Source: a virus. From it: a DNA stretch of 64,000 nt. A program made the translations under genes and the position numbers. Positions 20,586-29,927 of this stretch are shown here, piece after piece. The DNA is taken from IMG/VR virus record IMGVR_UViG_3300027763_002006, positions 28,216 to 92,215 of that record. One strand, written 5' to 3'. The number at the start of each line of letters is the position of its first letter. The stretch's first letter is position 1. Below the pieces are notes generated by a model that searched no databases, had not been told where the DNA came from, and saw only the letters and a list, made by a program, of their open reading frames with translations.

Positions 20586-20640
20586 AGTAGTATTTAGCTT
20601 AAATTCCGTGTTTCATTAAATCAGTCTCTCGATACTGATA

Positions 20641-22728
20641 TTAAAGAGTTGTATAACCCCAATTTACAATTTGACTGGCTCCGCTATTGTTAGTAATACC
20701 AAATGTAAATACATTGGCAGTCGTAGTACTAACTACAGCATTACTAATAGTGTTCACAGTTCCAACAAACTGCGTAGGTATTGCTGTAAGCACCAATGCA
20801 TTACCGGCTGCATAATACCAACCATAACTACTGCCTATTACTGGTACATTGGTATTTGTAACAACCGCTGTAGCAGTATATGTAACAATACCATTTGGAA
20901 TATTTCCTCTAACCCATATTGAGTAAGTACCATTTATCGGTACTGTAAGACTCACTGTGTTAGCGCCAGGTGATAATGTCCAAGACCCTGTTGTTTGTGT
21001 AGCGACTTTCGAAAGTTGGCTACCATCACCTACAAATTTAACTGTTGATGCCGTTTGCGTAATACTACCAATGTTTGTGCCAGCCGCATTAAGGAAGTTA
21101 ATGGCAGTAGTGTTATCATTGGTCGGTTGCAGAGTTATACCATGTTGGGTACCGGCACCCAAATATTTGACCCCCAATTCTGAGTAATAATTGGTCACTT
21201 GTGAATATCCGCCTAATAGACTAACACCGCTCACGGCCAAGGATGACAGTGTGCCTACTGAAGTTAAACTACTGGCAGTTACACCGCTGGCCAATGTTGT
21301 ACCAGTTAAATTTGCGGCTGCAACTGGTCCAGTGTCTCCTGTGTCGCCTTTTACACCTTGAATACCTTGTGCGCCTGTATCGCCAGTATCACCCTTTGCT
21401 CCGGCAGGTCCTTGAATGCCTTGCGGCCCTTGAGCACCAGCAGGCCCAGTATCGCCTTTGGCTCCGGGTATGCCTTGTGCGCCATCTGCTCCAGGAAGTC
21501 CTTGTGCGCCTGTATCACCCTTGGGGCCTTGCTCGCCGGTATCACCTGTGTCGCCTTTGGCTCCTGTATCGCCAGTATCCCCTTTAGGGCCTTGTGCGCC
21601 ATCTGCTCCAGGAAGTCCTTGTTCGCCGGTATCTCCCTTATCGCCTTTTGGTCCAGCAGGTCCTTGTTCACCCGTAGTTCCAGTGCCGACGGGATCTCCG
21701 TCAAATTCACCACCAGCTGTTATTAATTCAGAGCTACCATAATCTTCAGAATCGGATCCACTGCTTTCGAAATCAGTGCCACCATCAAAATCGATATCAC
21801 TCCAGTTACTTGCGCCTAAATTTAATAAGTCATCTATATCATTTAGTTGATTAATATCAGATGGAATTACAGGTTTATTTGTTAAGTCAGTATAACTACC
21901 ACTAGTTGCTACAGTGGCCAATATTGGTTTATTTAACAAATTATTATAGTCTGTTGTACCTTCTGGACCCGTATCGCCTTTTAATCCTCGTTCTCCAGTG
22001 TCACCTTTGGCTCCAGGAAGTCCTCTATCACCGGTATCTCCCTTTAATCCTCTTTCGCCAATATCCCCTTTAGGTCCGGCAGGCCCTTGTTCGCCAGTAT
22101 CCCCTTTGTCGCCTTTTGGACCACTAAACAATGTTGGTTTGTTCTTGATATAATCTAATGCCGCAGTATTTGCTTGGGTCCAATCACTTTGTACTTGTGC
22201 GGCTGGTATAATCGGCGGGTTAGTTAAGTCAGCGTAACTACCCGAAAATAGTGTCGGCTTATCAGTTAAATCATTATAACTAGTAACAATGTTACTTGTT
22301 GCTTGATCTACATATTGTTTTGTAGCGGCACCTAAATTGCTGGTCGGATCAGCATTTAATATCAATGAACCGGTCATTGTGCCGCCTGCAATAGACAATT
22401 TTCCTGCTATACTAGTTACAACTGTGCTGCCGAAATTTGAATCATTGTTTAAAGCAGCGGCCAATTCATTCAATGTGTCTAATGAATTAGGAGCACTATT
22501 AATTAAATTATTAATACCAAGCGTGACTCTAGCATCTGTTCTTTGGTTGGTAAAAAATAGATTATTAAAGCCTTCTAATATATCGTCGGTGCTAGCGGGC
22601 GCGGCTGTTTCCCCCTGTGGGCCTTGTGGACCTGGGACACCGGATAAACCACGTTCACCCCTTGGACCTTGTAATCCGATATCACCCTTTGGGCCTCTTA
22701 GATAAGTGCTTTTTGTTATTAATGACAT
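20641..22728 (-). CDS. Collagen-like tail fibre protein
   Basis: Extensive GPKGDTG repeats; LDTLNELAAAL and GSYNDLTDKP motifs. Confidence 0.8.
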   Translation of the reverse strand: MSLITKSTYLRGPKGDIGLQGPRGERGLSGVPGPQGPQGETAAPASTDDILEGFNNLFFTNQRTDARVTLGINNLINSAPNSLDTLNELAAALNNDSNFGSTVVTSIAGKLSIAGGTMTGSLILNADPTSNLGAATKQYVDQATSNIVTSYNDLTDKPTLFSGSYADLTNPPIIPAAQVQSDWTQANTAALDYIKNKPTLFSGPKGDKGDTGEQGPAGPKGDIGERGLKGDTGDRGLPGAKGDTGERGLKGDTGPEGTTDYNNLLNKPILATVATSGSYTDLTNKPVIPSDINQLNDIDDLLNLGASNWSDIDFDGGTDFESSGSDSEDYGSSELITAGGEFDGDPVGTGTTGEQGPAGPKGDKGDTGEQGLPGADGAQGPKGDTGDTGAKGDTGDTGEQGPKGDTGAQGLPGADGAQGIPGAKGDTGPAGAQGPQGIQGPAGAKGDTGDTGAQGIQGVKGDTGDTGPVAAANLTGTTLASGVTASSLTSVGTLSSLAVSGVSLLGGYSQVTNYYSELGVKYLGAGTQHGITLQPTNDNTTAINFLNAAGTNIGSITQTASTVKFVGDGSQLSKVATQTTGSWTLSPGANTVSLTVPINGTYSIWVRGNIPNGIVTYTATAVVTNTNVPVIGSSYGWYYAAGNALVLTAIPTQFVGTVNTISNAVVSTTTANVFTFGITNNSGASQIVNWGYTTL

Positions 22729-22859
22729 AAGTATTCCTAGTTCTAGTATTTACCGTTTTTAAACATATAAACCAACCAAAACTATGATATAGGTTAAATA
22801 CTTTTGTGGACAAACTAACCCCAAGTCTAACTAATCAAATCCAAATTGGAGGTATTAGA

Positions 22860-23585
22860 ATGACGAAACAAAGACAAAAACGTGTTCAACCACAAGAACA
22901 CGCATCTGTTCTGCACATTGAAAAGTTCCGCAAGGAACGTAGTAGACAAGTAGAAATCCTGCCTAAGAATATTAGACAAGAAGACTACCTTGCGCTGTTA
23001 GAAGATCAACGAAAAAGTATTGTATTTGCAGTGGGTCCTGCCGGAACGGGTAAGACTCTATTAGCTTGTATGATGGCTATTCGCGAACTAAAAGCTGGCA
23101 GAATTGAAAAGATTATTATTACAAGACCAGCAGTCAGCGTTGACGAACAACACGGCTTTTTGCCTGGCACATTAATCGAAAAGATGGCTCCGTGGACTCG
23201 ACCTATATTCGACGTATTCGAAGAATATTGGGCTCCGAAATACATAGAGAATATGATCGAGGAGAATGTAATCGAGGTAGCTCCTTTAGCCTACATGAGG
23301 GGAAGAACATTTAAAAAATCAATCATTCTAGCAGACGAAATGCAGAACGCTACACCAAGTCAAATGAAAATGCTTTTGACACGTATTGGCAATGAAAGTA
23401 GAATCTTTGCAACGGGCGACTTGGCCCAGCACGATCGCGGTTTTGAAGAAAACGGATTAAGAGATTTTACTGCTCGCCTAAAGAAATCATCGAGTAAGAT
23501 GATTGGTGTAGTAGAATTCGAGCGATGTGACGTAGAACGTCACGCCGCAGTAGCTGAGGTATTAAAGATTTACGGTGAAGAGTAA
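22860..23585 (+). CDS. phoH: PhoH-family ATPase
   Basis: GPAGTGKT, ITRPAV, GFLPG, LAYMRGRTF, DEMQN, LTRIG; SD GGAGG before ATG 22860. Confidence 0.93.
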   Translation: MTKQRQKRVQPQEHASVLHIEKFRKERSRQVEILPKNIRQEDYLALLEDQRKSIVFAVGPAGTGKTLLACMMAIRELKAGRIEKIIITRPAVSVDEQHGFLPGTLIEKMAPWTRPIFDVFEEYWAPKYIENMIEENVIEVAPLAYMRGRTFKKSIILADEMQNATPSQMKMLLTRIGNESRIFATGDLAQHDRGFEENGLRDFTARLKKSSSKMIGVVEFERCDVERHAAVAEVLKIYGEE

Positions 23586-23624
23586 ATTGTAAGTAATAGT
23601 TAACTTGGGGTAGTCCACTTTACT

Positions 23625-24566
23625 TTATAATCCGCGGCGCATTCGGTCTAGTTTGACAATAGTAGCACTTAAATTGATTTCAGGGTCAGCACACAAACTA
23701 TGATTCACCATGCCTTCTTTAATGATGATAATGGCAGCGTCTTGTGTGTCTTCATCATCACCCCAGAACGCTAAATTACGATACAAGAACTTGTAAACTT
23801 CTTCGTATTCTTCCAACGTAATCTTTTTACAGATCATTTCACGTGCTTGTCTAACTTTTCCGTTTTGGAACAGCGCAATGGCTTCCAACTTCCATTCACT
23901 GCTATCTGTGCCCTGTCCAGCCACTGGCATTTCCAATTTACCACTTCTGCTGTATTGTTGTGCTGTGTTAATTGCTTTACGCAGATCCGGATATGTTGCT
24001 TTGACAAAACTTGTCAATGTATCAACATCAAAGTCACAGCCTTCATCAGCAAGAATCTGTCCCAGTCGTACTGTAAAGTCTGTTTCATCCAAGTTGTTAA
24101 AACTAAACCCTTGACAACGACTGTGCAACGCTGGCATGATCTTGTGTGGCAAATTGCAAGTTAGAATGAAACGTGCCACATTACTGTACTGCTCTAACAT
24201 ACCACGCAACACACCCTGAGCACTAGGACTTAGATAGTCTGCTTCGTCAAGAATAATAACACGGAAGTCGCCAAAGCTCATACTACGACAAAAGTTACCA
24301 ACTTTATCACGCAGGTTATCAACACCAGTTTCGTGACTGGCATTAATAAACATAATATCTGCTTTTTGTACTTCTAGTTCATTGCATAGAACTTTGGCCA
24401 GTGTAGTTTTACCTGTGCCTGGAGGTCCGCTTAATAGCAAATGCGGAATGCTTTTGTCTTTAACCCAGCCTTCGACCATGAGTTTTTGGCTGGGATTAAT
24501 CCAAACATAGTCTTTAATGGAGGCAGGTCTATATTTCTCAACCCAGAGATAGTTTTGTGTAGTCAT
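23625..24566 (-). CDS. Clamp loader subunit (T4 gp44/RFC-like AAA+)
   Basis: LWVEKYRP, GPPGTGKTT, INAS, LDEAD, SRC motifs. Confidence 0.92.
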   Translation of the reverse strand: MTTQNYLWVEKYRPASIKDYVWINPSQKLMVEGWVKDKSIPHLLLSGPPGTGKTTLAKVLCNELEVQKADIMFINASHETGVDNLRDKVGNFCRSMSFGDFRVIILDEADYLSPSAQGVLRGMLEQYSNVARFILTCNLPHKIMPALHSRCQGFSFNNLDETDFTVRLGQILADEGCDFDVDTLTSFVKATYPDLRKAINTAQQYSRSGKLEMPVAGQGTDSSEWKLEAIALFQNGKVRQAREMICKKITLEEYEEVYKFLYRNLAFWGDDEDTQDAAIIIIKEGMVNHSLCADPEINLSATIVKLDRMRRGL

Positions 24567-24572
24567 AGTATT

Positions 24573-24601
24573 ATTATATACTAAGCCCTGACGAATGTCA
24601 A
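24573..24601 (-). promoter_or_regulatory. sigma70-type promoter, apparently leaderless clamp-loader mRNA
   Basis: TTGACA-17-TATAAT, ATG 6 nt downstream. Confidence 0.8.
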
Positions 24602-24604
24602 GAC

Positions 24605-24976
24605 TTATCTTGCGCCAAAGTCTTCGGCTCGGTGAGCAGGACTGCTCGTATCAAATCCTTCACCAAACATCATGTCATCAGGCTTATGATCTGATACCAT
24701 AAGGATGCCGTTTGGATCAATCTTTTGGAATTTAAACTTTTCACCATGCTCATCTTTAATTTCAATGGTCATAGTCCAACGTCCGTGTTCGCAGAGAATC
24801 CAGTCATCGACTTTGACGTCTGTGATGTCTTCTGCTACTTGCCATACTCGGCCCCAGCGAGGGCGAATACCTTCCATTTTACCGTTATCGTCTTTGAGTA
24901 CGATACCGCCTTTAGTCACACGTTCGCCCTGTTCTAGTACGGCAAAAATATTACCTGGTAATGGTCTAACCTTCAT
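24605..24976 (-). CDS. GroES-like co-chaperonin
   Basis: MKVRPL...ERVTKGGIVL mobile loop...VKVDD. Confidence 0.75.
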   Translation of the reverse strand: MKVRPLPGNIFAVLEQGERVTKGGIVLKDDNGKMEGIRPRWGRVWQVAEDITDVKVDDWILCEHGRWTMTIEIKDEHGEKFKFQKIDPNGILMVSDHKPDDMMFGEGFDTSSPAHRAEDFGAR

Positions 24977-25356
24977 TATAGTTCCTTGCTAATATTGTTA
25001 AAATCAAAATCTAATGGCTTAGAAGGCGCAACAGCATCTTCTTTAGTTTGAATCTCTACACTGCCGTCTGCATATGTTATTTCAACACGGCCAACACCAT
25101 CAGCGCCTACGATATCCTTGCGGCTGATTTCCTGCTCCATGGGATTAATCTTCACTGTTTTACTGGCCGGTCTTTTGTTATTATTATAAACAGCGTTTGT
25201 TATTTCTTTCGAATTGGCAACAATTTTGCCTCCTCGGCCTAGTAAATCTCCCTGAGCATTTCTATTAGAGTTCCCAACAGCAGTTGTCTGTCCTTTATCT
25301 GAGACAAAACCTTGCATATTAAATTCTCTACCTCTGGCTGTTCTATGATTACTCAT
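24976..25356 (-). CDS. Hypothetical phage protein
   Basis: 126 aa; NAQGDLLGRGGKIV. Confidence 0.6.
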   Translation of the reverse strand: MSNHRTARGREFNMQGFVSDKGQTTAVGNSNRNAQGDLLGRGGKIVANSKEITNAVYNNNKRPASKTVKINPMEQEISRKDIVGADGVGRVEITYADGSVEIQTKEDAVAPSKPLDFDFNNISKEL

Positions 25357-25832
25357 TTTAAAAATTCCTTGATATCTAAATTATATTTAATGCTATCTAT
25401 ACGATGCACTTTAAGTAAATATAATACATAACTTGCAATACTACTACCTCGGCCGACACCATAGACAATATTGTTTTTTCTTACTGTGTCGATAAAATAA
25501 ACTAAAAATCTTAATAGATCAGTTAAGTTTCTTTTTTCAAATTCATCTAATTCTAAATTAACTCTTGCCAACTGCATATTACTCAACGTATAGTTAGATT
25601 CTATATGTTGTCTAATATCGAGTCTGCGATACTCTTCGGGCATATTCCAAGTTATATCTTCTGTGGAACTGTCTAACTCGAATGGATTTTTAATTCCATA
25701 CGATTTACAAGTTGATTCAAATATTTTAAAACTTTGAACATTTCGAGGAAGAATTTTTGCTTGTCTATTCAACAGCATTAATTCAATGATGTCATCTTCT
25801 TCAACGTACATATTACCTTTATTGTCTAACAT
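25353..25832 (-). CDS. DNA polymerase III alpha (DnaE)-like fragment
   Basis: RVNLEL...GVGRGSSIASYVLYLLKVHRIDSIKYNLDIKEFLK; stops before the catalytic DxD. Confidence 0.8.
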   Translation of the reverse strand: MLDNKGNMYVEEDDIIELMLLNRQAKILPRNVQSFKIFESTCKSYGIKNPFELDSSTEDITWNMPEEYRRLDIRQHIESNYTLSNMQLARVNLELDEFEKRNLTDLLRFLVYFIDTVRKNNIVYGVGRGSSIASYVLYLLKVHRIDSIKYNLDIKEFLK

Positions 25833-26059
25833 TATCCGATGCTGATAAAACTACCAAAATCATTGTCTTTGCCTGTGCCAGCAGCCTGCTTGGCTCTAAT
25901 GTCTTGTTGTGCAAATTGCACTTCGTCTAACATATATGTCAGCTGACTGATGATACCTTCACTGGCACCTGCACGGCGTGCAACGTTCATCTTTTTAAGA
26001 ATCTCACGTTCACGTTCAATCAAATCATTTAATTGTTTGTTTAAATCAGGTTCAGTCAT
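25832..26059 (-). CDS. Hypothetical coiled-coil protein
   Basis: 75 aa ORF. Confidence 0.55.
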   Translation of the reverse strand: MTEPDLNKQLNDLIEREREILKKMNVARRAGASEGIISQLTYMLDEVQFAQQDIRAKQAAGTGKDNDFGSFISIG

Positions 26060-26381
26060 TTTTAAAGTTCACGCTTTCGCCGCAACCACATGCATAAGCA
26101 ACGTTGGGATTGTTCAAAACTAATCTAGAATTAAATCCAGTTTTTTCAATCTCTACTACGCTGTCTATGATATGCGGCACAATAGACTTATTGTACACTA
26201 TACTATGAGTGTCGTCAAGCTCTATTACTTCACCGTAGGCATCAGAAATAGGTGTCCAGGTATACATGTATCCGTTACAACCCTGAGCCTCTAAACCAAG
26301 CCGAACTGCGGGCATGTTGGACCGATCCAACATGTCAATAATATGCTTCTTGGCTTCGTCGGTGACAGTAAGAACTATCAT
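26052..26381 (-). CDS. sufA: A-type Fe-S carrier (SufA/IscA)
   Basis: GCNGYMY and NPN...CGCGES. Confidence 0.85.
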   Translation of the reverse strand: MIVLTVTDEAKKHIIDMLDRSNMPAVRLGLEAQGCNGYMYTWTPISDAYGEVIELDDTHSIVYNKSIVPHIIDSVVEIEKTGFNSRLVLNNPNVAYACGCGESVNFKND

Positions 26382-26707
26382 ACTTTTGCTAGTACTGTTA
26401 CTAATTCTTCTTTAGTGCTACGTGCTTTAACTTCGACACCATGCTTAGTAATAAGTTCCATTAGTTCAGCTTTGGTCATTTTAGTCAAGTCGGCTTTTTT
26501 ATATTTTGCTTTAACTGTAACTGGAGCAGTTTCAATTGCCATTTGTACTACTTCGGCTGGAGCAACTGCTTCTGGAGCAACATACACGGCTTCAGTGCCA
26601 ATAGCAACATTTGTCATTGCAGGTTGTGCTTCGACCTTATAAGGAGCGGCTTCTGCCACTGCTGTATCACTCTTGCCAGTGATCCAGGCTAGAATTTTCT
26701 TGATCAT
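26378..26707 (-). CDS. Hypothetical protein with C-terminal HeH/Rho-N-like motif
   Basis: LTKMTKAELMELITKHGVEV..TKEELV. Confidence 0.55.
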   Translation of the reverse strand: MIKKILAWITGKSDTAVAEAAPYKVEAQPAMTNVAIGTEAVYVAPEAVAPAEVVQMAIETAPVTVKAKYKKADLTKMTKAELMELITKHGVEVKARSTKEELVTVLAKV

Positions 26708-27026
26708 AATCGTACATTCCCATTTCTAATCTTGCCTCTTCGGATACTCTGTCAGGAGTCCACGGAGGATCAAACACTACTTCTACTGAAATAGTTCTCG
26801 TAGTATTTAACTCTTCGAGAGCATTTTCTACTACAACCTGCACCTGTGCTGGAATTTCTTCTGCACTGGGACAAAATGCTGATGTCAGTGTCATTAAAAT
26901 TTCAACACTGACATCATCAACATCAATTTTATAAATCAATCCCAAATCATAGATATTCACTGGGATTTCTGGATCATATACTGTTTTTAAACCAGCGATA
27001 ATACCTTGTTCAATTTGTTCGTTCAT
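26667..27026 (-). CDS. sufT: SufT/DUF59 Fe-S assembly protein
   Basis: VYDPEIPVNIYDLGLIY, MTLTSAFCP, VFDPPW. Confidence 0.9.
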   Translation of the reverse strand: MNEQIEQGIIAGLKTVYDPEIPVNIYDLGLIYKIDVDDVSVEILMTLTSAFCPSAEEIPAQVQVVVENALEELNTTRTISVEVVFDPPWTPDRVSEEARLEMGMYDYDQENSSLDHWQE

Positions 27027-27400
27027 AATGTTTTAATCTTTGCTATTAAGTTAGCAACACCATTTTGTCGTCCCATACTCAGTAGTGGCGCAAGTCCGAT
27101 GTCTGTAAGAGTATTTAAACTAAAATCCAGTTGTTGTCGTTCACTGGCTTGATTATACCAATCACAGATCATACAAGCCATGCCATTAACAATACTACTC
27201 TTACCCCATGCGGCAATACGTCCCGATTCTTCCCTGGCTAACCATAACGGACTAGTACAGCCTTTTACCAATGTTTGGTCTGTGTGATATTTGTGTGCTA
27301 GACCCACAGTGCCTGCGCCGTAGTCGATGATCCATTCGTACTTGTCCATGGCATCATCTAATTCAAATAAATCTTTAAACATGTTTTGAAAGTCTTGCAT
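27023..27400 (-). CDS. sufE: SufE sulfur acceptor
   Basis: KYEWIIDYG, VKGCTSPLW, LSMGRQNG. Confidence 0.85.
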   Translation of the reverse strand: MQDFQNMFKDLFELDDAMDKYEWIIDYGAGTVGLAHKYHTDQTLVKGCTSPLWLAREESGRIAAWGKSSIVNGMACMICDWYNQASERQQLDFSLNTLTDIGLAPLLSMGRQNGVANLIAKIKTL

Positions 27401-28559
27401 GTATCTCCCCTAGGCTGTCAAATGCTTGTTCTATTTCTTGTCTGGTAGTATAACAAGCCCAACTAAGTCTTAACAGGCCATTGTTACTAATTTGTGCTAT
27501 CAGTGGTTCTGCACACAATTTTCCACTGCGAATCATAATGTTCTTGGCATCCAGCATCATTGTATAATCTTCTACTTCGCCAACAACCGGATCTAAGCAG
27601 ATTAGTCCGGAGTCTGTTCGACTAGCCGGAGTAAATTGTGCCAAGGATATGTGGTCGTTGGTAATTCTAGCAAGTCCGATATCATGAGATTCTATTTCAT
27701 CGTGATGTTCGATTAACCAATTAACGAGTTTAGGCAGTGTGCAAATAGCCGCAAGATTCTGTGTACCACTTTCAAACTTGCCGGCATTGGTTTGCCAAGT
27801 CACTGAATCCACGCTTACACTGGTAACTGTGCCGCCGCCCGGACGTACTGGATTGAAATTTAGCCACACTGGATCTATCAGCAAACATCCCAGGCCCATA
27901 GGTCCGTAAACTTTGTGCCAACTCCAAGCAACAAAGTCGAATCCACTGATGTCTATTCTACGCTTACTAACGATTTGACTAGCGTCAATTACACTCACTG
28001 CCGCAACATCCAGGGCAATCTTTTTAATTCCATCTAAATCGTTGACCAGTCCAAGGACATTGCTAACAGCATTTACAGCAATGACTTTTGCCACGGCCAT
28101 TGGTTCTGCTTTAATTTTTGTTTTTAAATCATTTAAATCTAAACGGCCATCTTTGTCTAACTCAATGAAAACAACTCGCCATTTAGCATTACCAGACTGT
28201 GTCCAGGGCAAGATTAAACTGTGATGACTATCAATGCCAACAAATACTACACCGGATGACATTGCACTCATAATCATTGACGCGGCATCATTCAATCCCT
28301 GTGTCGTGCCACTGTTAAACACAATACGCTGTTCGGGTTTGTTAATGTTTAACCATTTACCTATGAGTTCTTTGCTAGATTGATATTGTTGGTCAACATA
28401 AGTGCCCATGCTATTGCCGCTTCGATGTGCATTGCTTTTATTACTCAACATAAAGTCTTGCATATCTTCGACAACGGTGTACAATGTTTGACTTGTGGCT
28501 GCACTGTCAAGATAAATTATATCTTGTCTACGTTTGAAGAAAGGAAAATATTCACGCAT
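27375..28559 (-). CDS. sufS: Cysteine desulfurase SufS (group II)
   Basis: IYLDSAATSQ, SNVLG, DASQ, SWHKVYGP (PLP Lys), FESGT, IRSGKLCA (catalytic Cys). Confidence 0.88.
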   Translation of the reverse strand: MREYFPFFKRRQDIIYLDSAATSQTLYTVVEDMQDFMLSNKSNAHRSGNSMGTYVDQQYQSSKELIGKWLNINKPEQRIVFNSGTTQGLNDAASMIMSAMSSGVVFVGIDSHHSLILPWTQSGNAKWRVVFIELDKDGRLDLNDLKTKIKAEPMAVAKVIAVNAVSNVLGLVNDLDGIKKIALDVAAVSVIDASQIVSKRRIDISGFDFVAWSWHKVYGPMGLGCLLIDPVWLNFNPVRPGGGTVTSVSVDSVTWQTNAGKFESGTQNLAAICTLPKLVNWLIEHHDEIESHDIGLARITNDHISLAQFTPASRTDSGLICLDPVVGEVEDYTMMLDAKNIMIRSGKLCAEPLIAQISNNGLLRLSWACYTTRQEIEQAFDSLGEIHARLSKHV

Positions 28560-28983
28560 TTAATAAACTTTGTTTAACTAATTCTTTGTAATCAGTGATA
28601 CCTCTACTGGCAAGATAATAATTATCCTCGGGTTTTAATGTTCCTAGAGCATTTCCATGATTAGCAATAATATTACTATTAGCAATAAACATTTCAGGAC
28701 GAGCTTTAATTTTACTCTTATCAAAAGGCCAACTGCGAATTTGAATATCTGTTTCAACTCCGCTGACATCTTTAGGTACATCTAATGTACAAACACAATC
28801 TACTTCACTGACGCCTTCTGCGTAGATATAAATCTTAACTTTAAATTTTGTATCGGGAAAAGGTTTTAGTTTGATGTTAGCAATACATTTACCTTCAGTC
28901 TGAATGAATACAAATTCATACTCGGGTCGTGTAGGAACTAATACTAAATCCAAATTGTCGGCATCTAAATATACTTTACGCAT
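28552..28983 (-). CDS. sufD: Minimal SufD-like protein (143 aa)
   Basis: C-terminal ARPEMFI...ANHGNALG..L..YYLASRGI matches the SufB/D C-terminus; lies between sufC and sufS. Confidence 0.65.
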   Translation of the reverse strand: MRKVYLDADNLDLVLVPTRPEYEFVFIQTEGKCIANIKLKPFPDTKFKVKIYIYAEGVSEVDCVCTLDVPKDVSGVETDIQIRSWPFDKSKIKARPEMFIANSNIIANHGNALGTLKPEDNYYLASRGITDYKELVKQSLLNA

Positions 28984-29629
28984 TACTTAAATCCAATTTG
29001 TTAGCACCATATAATTCTTGTAGTTCTTTATCATGTGTGACTAACAATACACATCCACGTCGATTTTTAGTTTCTTGAATTAAATCAATTATTTTTTGAC
29101 GGCTGCTTTGTTCTAATCCGCTGTCGGGTTCGTCCAATAGTAAGACTTGTGTTTTGCCTTGTAGATATACGGCCTGTGTGAGTTCATTCTTTTTACGCTC
29201 GCCACCGCTGGCACCATTATTGAACTGTCTTTTCTCCCAACCTTCGGGCAAGCCAATCCATTTAAATAATGACTTAGTAAGTTTGATTAATTCACCGGTA
29301 CTACCTGCAACGTTTTGCACTTTTTGTATTTCTTTAAACAATGTCATAGTATTAATGCCATCAATGGCAGGAGGACTTTGATGCGCCATGAATACTCCTG
29401 CTTGACTACGATCATGACAAAGCATGTCAATTATTTCTCCACTGAGAATTTTAATACTGCCTGTGGCATTAATATCTGGTCTACCCATAATAGTATGTAG
29501 CAAGGTCGATTTACCACTGCCGTTTGGTCCTGTGATCAACAAACATTCCCCTGGCTCTACTGTAAAACTAATATTGTTTAAAATTTGTTTATCGCTGATA
29601 CTTGCTGATAGATTGCTTACTTTAATCAT
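28976..29629 (-). CDS. sufC: Fe-S assembly ATPase SufC
   Basis: GPNGSGKSTL, SGGERKKNE, LLDEPDSGL, VTH. Confidence 0.88.
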   Translation of the reverse strand: MIKVSNLSASISDKQILNNISFTVEPGECLLITGPNGSGKSTLLHTIMGRPDINATGSIKILSGEIIDMLCHDRSQAGVFMAHQSPPAIDGINTMTLFKEIQKVQNVAGSTGELIKLTKSLFKWIGLPEGWEKRQFNNGASGGERKKNELTQAVYLQGKTQVLLLDEPDSGLEQSSRQKIIDLIQETKNRRGCVLLVTHDKELQELYGANKLDLSNA

Positions 29630-29927
29630 TTAATAAAACTTCCAGTTCGCCAGCTTGGTACATTTCCATCATAATATCACTACCGCCAATGAATTCGCCC
29701 TTGATATATAATTGTGGAACAGTGGGCCAATTGCTGAATTGTTTGATGTTTGATCTCAAAGCATTGTCGGCTAAAACATTGCGACTTTCAAATTGTTCAA
29801 CATTACAAGCTCGTAAAATTTTTGTGGCCTGCTGACTGAATCCGCATTCTGGAAATTGTGGCGTACCTTTCATAAACAGTACTACCTTGTTTGTTTCTAC
29901 CAATTGTTTAATCTCTTCTAAGTTCAT
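29622..29927 (-). CDS. grxD: Monothiol glutaredoxin Grx4
   Basis: [35 protein letters not shown]. Confidence 0.93.
   Translation of the reverse strand: MNLEEIKQLVETNKVVLFMKGTPQFPECGFSQQATKILRACNVEQFESRNVLADNALRSNIKQFSNWPTVPQLYIKGEFIGGSDIMMEMYQAGELEVLLND

Noticed and set aside
28976-29629. ABC ATPase as partner of the amino-acid binding protein
   Set aside because: Motifs and position identify it as SufC
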